Positions 25,172-34,928 of a DNA stretch of 64,000 nt are shown piece by piece. The DNA is from Marsupella aquatica (Eukaryota; Plantae; Marchantiophyta), in the NCBI GenBank assembly GCA_973895155.1, contig OZ316894.1:2806457-2870456 (forward strand), given 5' to 3'. The notes beneath the pieces were generated by a model. That model was not told the origin of the DNA and made no database searches. It saw only the letters and a list, made by a program, of their open reading frames with translations. The first letter of the stretch is position 1; every line of letters begins with the position of its first letter. A program made the position numbers and the translations under genes.

Positions 25172-28100
25172 TGTGGTGCGTCCCATGGCTCCCTAAACCC
25201 AAGAAACCCCCCAGCTCAAGCCGATTCCCGCAGGTTTCGTGCTTGGCGAGGCCGTTTCCGCGGCTTAGCGGCATGGGACGCTGCTAACCTTCTACTACTA
25301 CTATTAATATTTTACACACATATACTGGACAGATCCTTCATCGGGTCATGAGATACGTAGCCGGCCTAATATAGGCCTTCCCCTGTCTTCCCCTGTCTTC
25401 CCCTCCGCCTTGTTAGGTATGTTTGGATTCCGCCGCCGGAATGATCCCCAATAGGCTTGGTTAAGCCGCTAAGACCTCTCTCAGCTCGACACATCCAACT
25501 CTCACTCCCCTGCTTACTTTCCTTCCTCCTGTGATGTGGGCACTCTTCACACAAGTTAATGCGACACACAAATAGCAAAATGACTCATTCTGACTGAGTC
25601 ATACCATGCTCTTGCCATACAAACAGTACATCTCATACACAAGTTCTGCGAACTAAGCCGTGAGGCCAACTCTATTCAGCTCTTAGGCATGAGGAAACAT
25701 GAATATACACAAGGGTCACTGTATGACTAACCGAGAGCTTCTCGTACTACTTGATCCCAGCCCGGCTGGTGCAAACTAAAAACTTGCTAAAGAAGAGGCC
25801 CTGAGCTCCCCGCTGCCCAGGTACTTATCCTGGTAGTGGATCCGCCATTCTTTGCATCGTAAGCCTAATCTACTTAACAGTAATCTACTTGCCCGAATCT
25901 ACCTATGTACAGCAAGGCAGGAGCACAAGTGTTGCTCCTACCAGTGGGACCGCAATCCCACTAAGCTAAGTGTCAGGGCCGCTCCTGGTTCTGATCCTAA
26001 TCCTAAACTTGGAGATCCGCGCCCGCCCTGCCCACTCACGCCTCCTCCCTCCACGTCCGCCCTCCCTAAAAGGAACGGCGCCCTTGCACCGTCACGACAC
26101 CGGTGGTGGATCCTTAATGGACGCCCCCAACGCTTCCTCCTCAGCCACTGCCGTAGGTTCATTCTCTGACAGATTACCTGCCCTTGACTGAGTCAACTCT
26201 CCATCGGCCTGACTGGGTCCACCTTCGGCTTCAGCCTCGACACCGGCCTCGGCAATACCCACGGCTTCGGCCTCAGCCACTCCCACGGCTTCGGCTTCAG
26301 CCACTCCCTCGGCTTCGGCCTCCCCTTCCCCTAGGGTAGTTGGATCCTTAGCCGTGACCCTGTCTGGGGTCGGTGCTGGGTCTACCTCCTTGATCACCAC
26401 GGCCTGTGAAGTCGTATTACTCCTTGACCCTGAAGGTTTCCGCTTCTTCTTCGTTGGTGGCTCGGCAGCTGGTCCCTTCCCCTTCCCACTTACTTCCGGC
26501 ACTGGTGCAGTTGGCGCGGCTTGTCCTTCGGCAATTACCACCCCTGGTAACTGGTTTGTCCCAACGGGAGATGGACCTACTGCAGCTAAGCATTTAAATA
26601 CTGCGGCTTGTTTTTTCAGCCGCTCTATTTGGTTGTCGGCCCGCCGCTGTAGGTTCTCCATCTTCCTCGTGATTTCCTCCAACTCCTCTTGGGTTTCATC
26701 CAGGTCCTTACGTGCCCCCTCCAGCTCGTTTTTGGCCTCCTCCTGCTCCTTGTGGGCTTCCTCCAATTCCTTCTTCAAGGTAGCCCTCTCCTCCTGGGTT
26801 GCTCTTAGCTCCTTGTCGAGCTCTGCAATGATGACAAACTCCATCTGGTTCATCTTGGCGTAAGTCTGTTCGAGCATCTCGTCCTTCTCCCTTAGGTCGG
26901 CCTTGAAGCTGGCCATCAGGGACGCAAGCTCCTGCTGCAGCGCCATAATCCCTTGATAGGATTTCCCTAACTCGACCTCCTTCTGCTCAAGGGCTCCGCA
27001 GATTTTCTCGAGCTCCCCTTTCAACGCCCATTCCTTTCTTTGGGTCTCCGCCATGGCCCGGCTGTTGGCTGTTATGTGGGCCTCCTCTGTATTCTTCAGC
27101 TCTTGCTTCCACTTCTCCCTCTCTTTGATCGTGTCGGCCAACTCTTCCTGCGTCTGAGTCAGTTTATCCTTGATATTCTGATTATCAGCCTGCGCGGTGT
27201 CCAACTGCCCCTGCATGATGTTCAGCTCATGTCGTTTAATCCGCAGTTCATCTTGGGCTTTCTTGGCCGCCCTTAGATCTTCAATCTCGTCTTCCATCCT
27301 CCTAAGCCGCCGAATGACCTCGTCCTTCTTGCTTCTCTCTAAAGCCACCGCTTCTTCTAATTGGTGCTTCTCCAACTGCTCCCTATGGAAAAAGGGTCCT
27401 ATCTCCAACTCCTCTCCAAAGATGCCGAGCGCAAGTTCCCCACACATCTCACCATACTCCATGGCTCTATTCTTAGCGTAGGTGGAGTAAGTAGAAGTGA
27501 TCGGCATCGCCCATCGTGGCCTCTGCTCCCAAGCCGTCCTGTGGATCTCTTCAATCGTGGCTAGAGGTTTGCTTCCTTTTTCGGCTAGCCGCCTGATATC
27601 CTCCGGCCAATCTCCCCCTGGTAAATCCTTTTCCTTAGCCAGGGCGGCCTCTTCCTCCTGCTTGATTCGCTCCTGAAATTCCTGCACCGTCTGTTTTATG
27701 CCGTCGAAGCTCGGGGGAGCAACATCTGGTGGGGGAGACTCAGGGCTACTCTGCTGGTTGGGGTCCCCTCGCACTACCCTTGGAAGTGTGGGGACAAACC
27801 GGCCACAGGTCCTTACTCCTGGAACGTGATGGTCCGACCCATAGCCGGAATTATCATGGCTGCAGTCCTCCACTGCCTCCTCTACCTCTTGGACGTCCGG
27901 CTTCTCCCTCTCCTCTTCGTCGGTAGGAGCTTCAGGCAATTCTGCCTCAGATTCGGAGCTTGAGGTTCCCACGTACATTCGAACACCTGGCTTGGATTCC
28001 GGCCTGATTCTCTCCTTGTCTCCAGCAAAGGGGTTTTCTCTTGTGAGCCGGTGTAGGCCTACCTCTGTAGTAGTGTCCTGCATTGTTGTCGTTGCCGTTG

Positions 28101-29830
28101 TTGTTGCCGATGCCGATTTCTTTTCTTTCTCCAGTAGTTTCAGCAGACTCTGCATGCCTGGTTGCTGCATCGGCAAGTCCTCCTTCCTGGGCCTAAACAC
28201 CTGCTCGATCGTAGGACTAACAGGTGGTTGAGGCTTCTCAGCCAACGGCCTCGGCGTTGGAGCTTCCTCCGGTGCCCTTACCTGCAGGGGAAGTACCGGG
28301 GCAAAAGTCTGACCTCTGGCATACCGGCACAACAGCGGCATGTGATAGCCAAGCCGCGACACGCTCCCCATGCCGATTACCTGCTGCTCCTCCTTTAAGA
28401 TCTTCTTCAATTGGTTGAGGAGGTACCCGTTGTAGTCCCGGCTTGGGTCTGGCCTTTCTGCCAGATAGACCTGTGCCTTGCCGATCTCTGCCCTCGGCAA
28501 GTTACAATGCATGGTCACCCGCAAGAAGTCGATCATCTCTCCTATGTGCGGGTTGGTGCAGGTATTCCGGAAGAAGCCATTCTTCGTTGATGGCCCGGGG
28601 AACGACCGGAACTCCTTGTCAGGCAGGGTCTTTCTGGTATCAACTTTGGTCTTATTGCCTATCGGCAAGCCAAACACTTCGGCAATTACCTTGGGAGTAA
28701 GATAGAAATCCTTCCCATATATCCTCGTGCAATTGGTCTCGGGTTCCCATGACCCCACGAATTCTAATAGGTCTGACTCCGGTACCTCCGGCTTCAGCCA
28801 TGGTAATCTTACAAAGGCCTCCAAGCCGGATCCGGCCATGAAGCCTTGGTACTTCTTGGTCTGCATGGCCGTAAAGCATGCATCCTCCTCCCGTGCAAAA
28901 TGTAGTTGCACCTCCACCGGTAGGGTTGCCGCCCAGCCCTTCCAGGTGTCATCCCTGGTTGGAATGGCCTTGACGAGATCGACCTCCTCCTCTTCGGCTT
29001 CTCCCTGCCTCCTGCTCTGCTGCTCGGCTGGCCTCTTTGGTGCCGCCGACCTCGTTCTTTTTGCCGGGGTGGCTTCATCGTTGACGGCCCCCTTCCTCTT
29101 CATCTCTGCTGCCGTGGAGGTTTCTCCTAGCACCGTTGCCTGGGTCCACCTTTCCGTGCTACCCTTTAATTCCCAGTGTATGTCGTTGCAGTTCTTGATG
29201 GCCTCTCGGATGCCGACGACGCTGTCTTTGCAAAACAGAAGATCGTCGAGTTGATTGGAAGTAGGCGTCCACAGGAACTCGTCCTTGATGAGTTCGCCTC
29301 CTAAGAAAGCCGTCTTCTGCAGCTCCCACAATCGAGCGAGCTCCTGCCGTTCTCGAGCTGCCCTTTCTGACTCCTCGTCCTCGTAAGTCTTGATGTACTC
29401 AGTTGCCCGTTCGAACAGGCATCCCCAGAAATGTGCCGCTTGATTGACGTTGCTCATACCCTCCTTAGGTCGATCGTCGGTATCTACTCTCTCCCCGAGT
29501 GCTTGCCTAAGCAGCTGACAGTAGTTGGCCTCCCGTAGTCGTCTGCCTAGTTCGTGCTCGCAAATGAGCCACCATCTCCTGCAAGCGCTCCTTACCCCTC
29601 TCCTCTGCCGGTCCTTCTTCCCGTTGATCCTTCCTAGCCGCCGACGCTTAACGCGCCCTAACCCTAATCGAGTTTTCACCCTCAGCCTTACCTCCGGCCT
29701 CTGCCCGGGTTCCATGGTTGCCCCTAATTGTTTATATTTTCCTTGTTTTGTCCCTATACTAAGGTGTTCCTAGGGTGCCTTCCTGCTTTACCCACTTAAC
29801 CGGTTGAGTGATTCCTGTCTAGGCATCACA
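25172..29830. mobile_element. 4,659-bp TG...CA insertion with 5-bp TSD (TCGTT), solo-LTR-like, carrying one large ORF
   Basis: TCGTT at 25167-25171 and 29831-29835. Ends TGTGGTGC...GCATCACA (8-bp imperfect inverted repeat). No second copy of either terminus and no gag/pol motifs seen inside. Confidence 0.88.
26092..29715 (-). CDS. 1,207-aa intact ORF: retrotransposon accessory-type protein (PMD/ATHILA-ORF1/Transposase_32-like segment plus long coiled coil); the true start may be the MSNV ATG near 29457
   Basis: Uninterrupted ORF. Segment SGLEAFVRLPW...DLLEFVGSW...TRIYGKDFYLTPKVIAEVFGLPIG resembles the L-x2-F...EF...G-x4-T-x3-I-x3-FGLP-x-G motif of plant-transposon accessory domains. Heptad-rich E/K/L region around 26620-27380; AEAEGV repeats at the C-terminus. 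Confidence 0.75.
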   Translation of the reverse strand: MEPGQRPEVRLRVKTRLGLGRVKRRRLGRINGKKDRQRRGVRSACRRWWLICEHELGRRLREANYCQLLRQALGERVDTDDRPKEGMSNVNQAAHFWGCLFERATEYIKTYEDEESERAARERQELARLWELQKTAFLGGELIKDEFLWTPTSNQLDDLLFCKDSVVGIREAIKNCNDIHWELKGSTERWTQATVLGETSTAAEMKRKGAVNDEATPAKRTRSAAPKRPAEQQSRRQGEAEEEEVDLVKAIPTRDDTWKGWAATLPVEVQLHFAREEDACFTAMQTKKYQGFMAGSGLEAFVRLPWLKPEVPESDLLEFVGSWEPETNCTRIYGKDFYLTPKVIAEVFGLPIGNKTKVDTRKTLPDKEFRSFPGPSTKNGFFRNTCTNPHIGEMIDFLRVTMHCNLPRAEIGKAQVYLAERPDPSRDYNGYLLNQLKKILKEEQQVIGMGSVSRLGYHMPLLCRYARGQTFAPVLPLQVRAPEEAPTPRPLAEKPQPPVSPTIEQVFRPRKEDLPMQQPGMQSLLKLLEKEKKSASATTTATTTMQDTTTEVGLHRLTRENPFAGDKERIRPESKPGVRMYVGTSSSESEAELPEAPTDEEEREKPDVQEVEEAVEDCSHDNSGYGSDHHVPGVRTCGRFVPTLPRVVRGDPNQQSSPESPPPDVAPPSFDGIKQTVQEFQERIKQEEEAALAKEKDLPGGDWPEDIRRLAEKGSKPLATIEEIHRTAWEQRPRWAMPITSTYSTYAKNRAMEYGEMCGELALGIFGEELEIGPFFHREQLEKHQLEEAVALERSKKDEVIRRLRRMEDEIEDLRAAKKAQDELRIKRHELNIMQGQLDTAQADNQNIKDKLTQTQEELADTIKEREKWKQELKNTEEAHITANSRAMAETQRKEWALKGELEKICGALEQKEVELGKSYQGIMALQQELASLMASFKADLREKDEMLEQTYAKMNQMEFVIIAELDKELRATQEERATLKKELEEAHKEQEEAKNELEGARKDLDETQEELEEITRKMENLQRRADNQIERLKKQAAVFKCLAAVGPSPVGTNQLPGVVIAEGQAAPTAPVPEVSGKGKGPAAEPPTKKKRKPSGSRSNTTSQAVVIKEVDPAPTPDRVTAKDPTTLGEGEAEAEGVAEAEAVGVAEAEAVGIAEAGVEAEAEGGPSQADGELTQSRAGNLSENEPTAVAEEEALGASIKDPPPVS

Positions 29831-30919
29831 TCGTTCGACAGTCCTTCCGCATCGGTGTTGACGCTCTCTTCGGAGCACATTCTCTTGCGGTCGTACATGG
29901 TGCCGGAACGAAAGACCTGGTACTTGCGCTTGTGTGAAGTCGGGATCCTGTAATGCACATCTTGGAGGATGTGCAGGTCGGGGTCGAATGGGTCAAAGTT
30001 CATGGATCTCGTGGTTATTCCCTTTGCCCTCTTGTCTTTGATGATGTTCTCTACTCCGTCGGAACTTAGGATGCACAGTCCCAGTGACGGGTCTGGTAGT
30101 TCGACCAATGAAACGTATCTTTTGAAAAGTTGGTTGGTCGTCAAATTGAGTTCCCGATTGAGTTCCATGACCTTGTATATTTGTCGCATGATCTCCTCTC
30201 GATTATTGCACTCTAGCGTGTCGAGATTCCAGGATATGAGTGGGTTGTCAAGGAGGCTTTCCTTTTTGTAGAAGCCAGAGTGGAAGCCATTGTACTTTTG
30301 TATGATGCCTAGTCGACAATCGATTAGCGAGAGCAATTGCATGTACAACGGCTTCGCGGCTAGGATGTCGATCGCATATTGCGGAGATATGAAGGAGTTT
30401 ATCTGGATACGGGCGGGGTTTCGCATGCAAGTCACGCACACGTTGATTGTTCCATCTTGGTTCTCAATATACTGGTTGACAAATGCGTTGTATATGCCGT
30501 ACGGCGTCATGTTCACCTTTGGTATGGTGGTGAATGTCTTGTCGATCCTCGGAGTGTTTCCGTATCGAACTAGTCCGCACATCCCGCACACCTTCATGTC
30601 TTGGATTGTCTTTTGGCAGACTTCTCTCCATTCTTGGAGATACAATGGGGCTGAGGCCCATCCTTGACATAACGGACTTAGTGACTCGGCACAGGTGTTT
30701 ATTGCACGCCTTCGTGCGGCATGTCTCTTCTCGGACATTGTACGCCGTGACATTTTTGGGGAGACCTATGCAAAGGATTATGAACTCGTTAGTTTTCTTA
30801 GCTAGGGTCCATCCAAAATTCGCTCAATGAAATTTCATAAACGAGTCTTGCTTATCACGATCTCGTAGTTACCAAGAAGAGTTGGTTGCTTGGCTCCAAC
30901 CCAAGTTAGCAGAGCGCCA

Positions 30920-30991
30920 AACACTACTCGAAAGTCATGCCATAAACACTACTCGAAGGTCATGCCATAAACACTACTCGAAGGTCATGCC
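30920..30991. repeat. 25-bp tandem repeat x3 (AAACACTACTCGAA(A/G)GTCATGCCA(T))
   Basis: Direct reading. Confidence 0.9.
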
Positions 30992-31175
30992 ACTCATGAA
31001 GCAGGCGGCCGCGCCTGTATCCACCAACGCAACACCCAGATTATCGTTAGAACTTGTGACATTCACAAAAATCGGCTTGTCAGGATTTATAGTCATAACC
31101 TTACGTAATTTCTCTCACAACAACACCTTCTCTCCGACAGGCATATCCCCTACAGGGACCTCATCAACTACTAAG
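30980..31175 (-). pseudogene. Retroelement aspartic-protease fragment
   Basis: Minus frame reads KPIFVNVTSSNDNLGVALVDTGAAACFMSGMTFE*, the hydrophobic-hydrophobic-D-T-G-A retropepsin motif; flanked by stops. Confidence 0.6.
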
Positions 31176-32110
31176 GGTTCGGTCAGAGCAATACTTACAT
31201 TATTGCCCTTTTGCCCTCCATCTCCGCTCGGCTTGCCACCTTTGGTGGAACAATCCTTACTTCAATGATGACCCATGGCGCCACACGTGAATCACTATAA
31301 AGTTGTGCAGTTGTGTATGTAGGGTCTCTTGCCCCGTCGGGATACACACCAACTGGTTTGATAATAAGTGATGAGATTTTGGATATCACCCCTAAAGCTC
31401 ATTTACCAAGACTTGTACCAAGTCAAGGCATAGTTCTCCTAGGTATTTCGGTTAGAGCATTACTTAATGCCCTTCTGCCCTCCATCTCCGCTCAGCTTGC
31501 CACCTTTGGTGGAACAATCCTTACTTTGATGACCCATGGCGCCACACGTGAATCACTAGAAAGTTGTGCAGACTTTGTGTATGTAGTGTCTCTTGCCCCG
31601 TCGGGATACACACCAACTGGTTTTGATAATAAGTGATGATCATTTGGATATCACCCCTCAAGCTCATTTACGTTACACATCTCTAAGCGTGCCGCTCTAG
31701 GTACTTAGTGGTGACATGAGCACGAAGACCCTCAACTAGGTTTTCCCAAGTTAACGGCAAGGAGGAGTCCTCTTGCGACTTCTTCCAAGACTTGTACGGT
31801 CAAGTCAAGGCATAGTTCTCCCAGTTTTGGGTATCACCCCTAAAGCTCATTTACGTTACACATTTCTATTAAGCGTGCCGCTCTAGGTACTTAGTGGTGA
31901 CATGAGCACGAAGACCCTCAACTAGGTTTTCCCAAGTTAACGGCAAGGAGTCCTCTTGCAACTTCTTCCAAGACTTGTACCAAGTCAAGGCATAGTTCTC
32001 CCAGTTTTGGGTATCACCCCTAAAGCTCATTTACGTTACACATCTCTAAGCGTGCCGCTCTAGGGTTCGGTTAGAGCAATACTTACATTAAGGTATAGTT
32101 ACCAATCAAG
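31174..32110. repeat. Mosaic of direct repeats: about 230-270-bp unit x2 (31174-31410 / 31447-31670) and about 180-bp unit x2.3 (31645-32064)
   Basis: Shared blocks include GCCACCTTTGGTGGAACAATCCTTACTT, CCGTCGGGATACACACCAACTGGTTT, TATCACCCCTAAAGCTCATTTAC and AAGTCAAGGCATAGTTCTCC. Confidence 0.85.
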
Positions 32111-32469
32111 GTATAGTTCTCCTAGGTATGCGAAACCGTATCGCATCATTCACACGATAGGCCCACAAAGATAATACGGTTTAGGTGGTGTTGGAGACAC
32201 CCACGTAAACCCACAAGTAAATGGGCGTGGGCAAAAGCTACCATGTTAGCCGAATCAAGAAATTTGTCCAAGACGATGATCCCAACCGGGATCAAGTCTT
32301 GCGTTTGGACACTATGCTGGTGGAGGACGCTAGTGATCGAATCCGTCAGTCAAACATAGCTTTAGGATGCTGGTGAAGGACCTTAGTTTGTGAATTGGTA
32401 CAGGCAACTATAAAACCTTGTAATCTAATCTAATGAATTATATAGGTTTAATACTCAGTCAATATAAAG

Positions 32470-32478
32470 ATATATTTG

Positions 32479-32508
<30 letters not shown>
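32470..32508. repeat. (TA)n microsatellite
   Basis: Direct reading. Confidence 0.9.
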
Positions 32509-32509
<1 letters not shown>

Positions 32510-32523
32510 TAAAAAAAAATTCT

Positions 32524-34039
32524 TCATGTTCTTTACAAAGTGAGGATCTTTGTTGCAATCAAAATTGTAATGACAAAAAGCAATTCAAACATGGCTATGA
32601 TTTGGAGTTGGTCCGGATTCGAAGCACACTAAACCGTCTTAAAGGACCGCAACAGAGAAAATGCCAAATTAAATAGCCAAAAGTTATATTAGAAAATAGC
32701 AAGGAGTTTAGGGTTCAATAATCATGTTAGGGACCACACAAAAAGCAGGAAGAACTTGAAGTCAGGAGACAGCAAACCTGTATGTAGAAGCGTTGTTTAA
32801 CTTATTCGGAGCTTCTCTTCTCTAGGTAACTTGAAAACTCACGTCCAACTTCCCGAACATCATTAAGTAAGTTGGCCGACACACCATGCCCTTTCTGCAA
32901 AAAGACTTGTGTGAGTACCAAACAAACTTTCCATTAGATAAAGTGTCCACCTCTAGTAAGTTACACTAACTAGGCCTCTTACCCAAGACTCCTTGAAAGT
33001 AGAGATACAAAGAAAGAAAAAGCTTGCACGGAAACAATTCTAAGTATGCTTTAATTTGGGTTCATCTTTGCCCATCTAGTTCTTTGTCCACCCTCCTCCA
33101 TACTGTTTTTTTGTTTATCTTCATTTTTAAAGTTATGTGATTATTAAAGACTCATTATCAGTTTTGTCTTTATTGGGAGTTGCCAACTCTACCCCATAGG
33201 CCTTAAGTAGCTTTGCAAATTATTAGTAAGATAGCTTAGCCTATAAAATACATCTCACATAAAATTGTGACTCATTTAAGTTTATTTCAGGTGTCAATCT
33301 AATTTCATGTTGTTTACGAAGTGAGGATCTTTGTTGCAATTCAAAATTGTAGTGACAAAAAACAATTCAGACATGGCTATGATTTGGAATTGGTCCGGAT
33401 TCGAAGCAAACTAAACCGTCTTAAAAGGACCGCAACAAAGTAAATGCCAAATTAAAAAACCAAAAATTATATTAGAAAATAGCAAGGAGTTTAGGGTTCA
33501 ATAATCATGTTAGGGACCACACAAAAAGCAGGAAGAACTTGAAGTCAGGAGACAGCAAACCTGTATGTAGAAGCGTTGTTTAACTTATCTGGAGCTTCAC
33601 TTCTCTAGGTAACTTGAAAACTCATGTCCAACTTCCCGAACACCATTAAGTAAGTCGGCTTACACAGCATGCCCTTTCTGCAAGAAGACTTGTGTGAGTA
33701 CCAAACAAACTTTCCATTAGATAAAGTGTCCACCTGTAGTAAGTTACACTAACTAGGCCTCTTACCCAAGGTTCCTTGAAAGTAGAGATATGTAGAAAGA
33801 AAGAGCTTGCATGGAAACAATTCTAAGTATGCTTTAATTTGGGTTCATCTTTGCCCATATAGTTCTTTGTTCACCCTCCCCCATACTGTTTTTTTTGTTT
33901 ATCTTCATTTTTTAAGTTGTGTGATTATTAACGACTCATTATCAGTTTTGTCTTTATTGGGAGTTGCTAACTCTAGACCATAGGCCTTAAGTAGCTTTGA
34001 AAATTATTAGTAAGATAGCCTAGCCTATAAAATACATCT
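32524..34039. repeat. Tandem duplication of about 735 bp (32524-33255 / 33304-34039), period about 780 bp
   Basis: Both copies run from TTCATGTT(C/G)TTTAC(A/G)AAGTGAGGATCTTTG to AGCCTATAAAATACATCT, with scattered substitutions. Confidence 0.92.
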
Positions 34040-34928
34040 GACTATAAATTTCAGTCTAATTATAGGCTCTAAGTATGGGTAGGGTTTCTCTACATGCAGA
34101 TTGCTACTGTCTATTATGATTCTGGCCTCCTTGAAATAAGGATTTGTCCTATGCTATGATTTGGCAGCAGCCCAAGTTGTATTAACGAACTGTTATCGTG
34201 TGTTACTCCTTTTTAGTTCGCCGGGTGTTTAGCCATTGAGTTCTTGTACTAGGACTGAATGCGTTTACTATTTTGAAGTTGAGTTGTGATCATCTGCTCT
34301 CCTTTCAAGATCAGTCTCGATTACCAAAACCCTTCGGCTTGCAGGAACTCGACTGTGATGCATTACAATGACTTTTTTGGGCCAGTTTAATCGAGACGAT
34401 TGTTCATTTGCTCTCCTTTCAAGATCGGCTTGTGGGAGGTCGCTAAGTTCAAGGCTATAGAATCTCAATACATGGAGGCATTTCAACTGTAGCTATTTGA
34501 TGTATAGTATAAGTTAGTTTCCTTGCTCGTGAAGGAAAAAATGGTGAATGCCCTAATCATAGGCGCTTTGGTGTAAGTCTTGGCCAAACTACTTGACACT
34601 GAACATGAATTTTGAGGTGCCAGTTTAGGGACAGCATTGCAATTGCCAAGTGGACGTCGTCAGCAAGTTTGGCTATAAATGACTGCGAAAGTGTATGTTG
34701 CTGACTTCAATTCTTGAAAGCACATGATATTACAGTCCCCAAGGGCGAAGAGTCTATTATTGAGCACTGACTCCATGCTGAGGACAAGATCGTTCCTAAC
34801 TCGACTCCACATATTTACAGTTCTCGCCCGAGAATGACAATTAATTACTCAGTGTGTTTGACAAGGAGGTGCTCATAAGAAAGTTGACCTTGTTCGATCG
34901 ATATGCTTTTGCCTTTTTCTTCTGCTCA

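Larger units (their letters stand above)
21988..30753 (-). pseudogene. Helitron Rep-PIF1 helicase (about 1,360 aa when reconstructed), interrupted by the 25172-29830 insertion, by stops and by frameshifts
   Basis: N-terminal CGMCG..CVTC; Rep motifs PHFFLTLT, ELQGRGSLHTHTVLW (HUH) and YLLKYAIK (Y2); helicase GSGKT, ATTGAAA, VIDEASM, LVGDMCQLPPV, FPLMLGYAITGHKSQG, YIMLSRV. Removing the insertion rejoins ...GLSND|PQLTLENAIFPFLF in frame. Confidence 0.92.
21000..32110 (-). mobile_element. Helitron (rolling-circle transposon), decayed, with a nested insertion; termini not resolved
   Basis: Contains Rep (HUH/Y2) and PIF1 helicase coding sequence, an accessory gene and a repeat-rich upstream region. 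No convincing TC...hairpin-CTRR ends were found, so the boundaries are approximate. Confidence 0.8.

Noticed and set aside
22105-29773. Many overlapping antisense or alternate-frame ORFs
   Set aside because: Shadows of the GC-rich Helitron and 1,207-aa coding sequences.
30920-32110. CRISPR-like array
   Set aside because: Units are contiguous tandem copies without unique spacers, the context is eukaryotic, and there are no cas genes.
32524-34039. LTR pair of a TRIM element
   Set aside because: No TG...CA termini, PBS, PPT or TSD were found.
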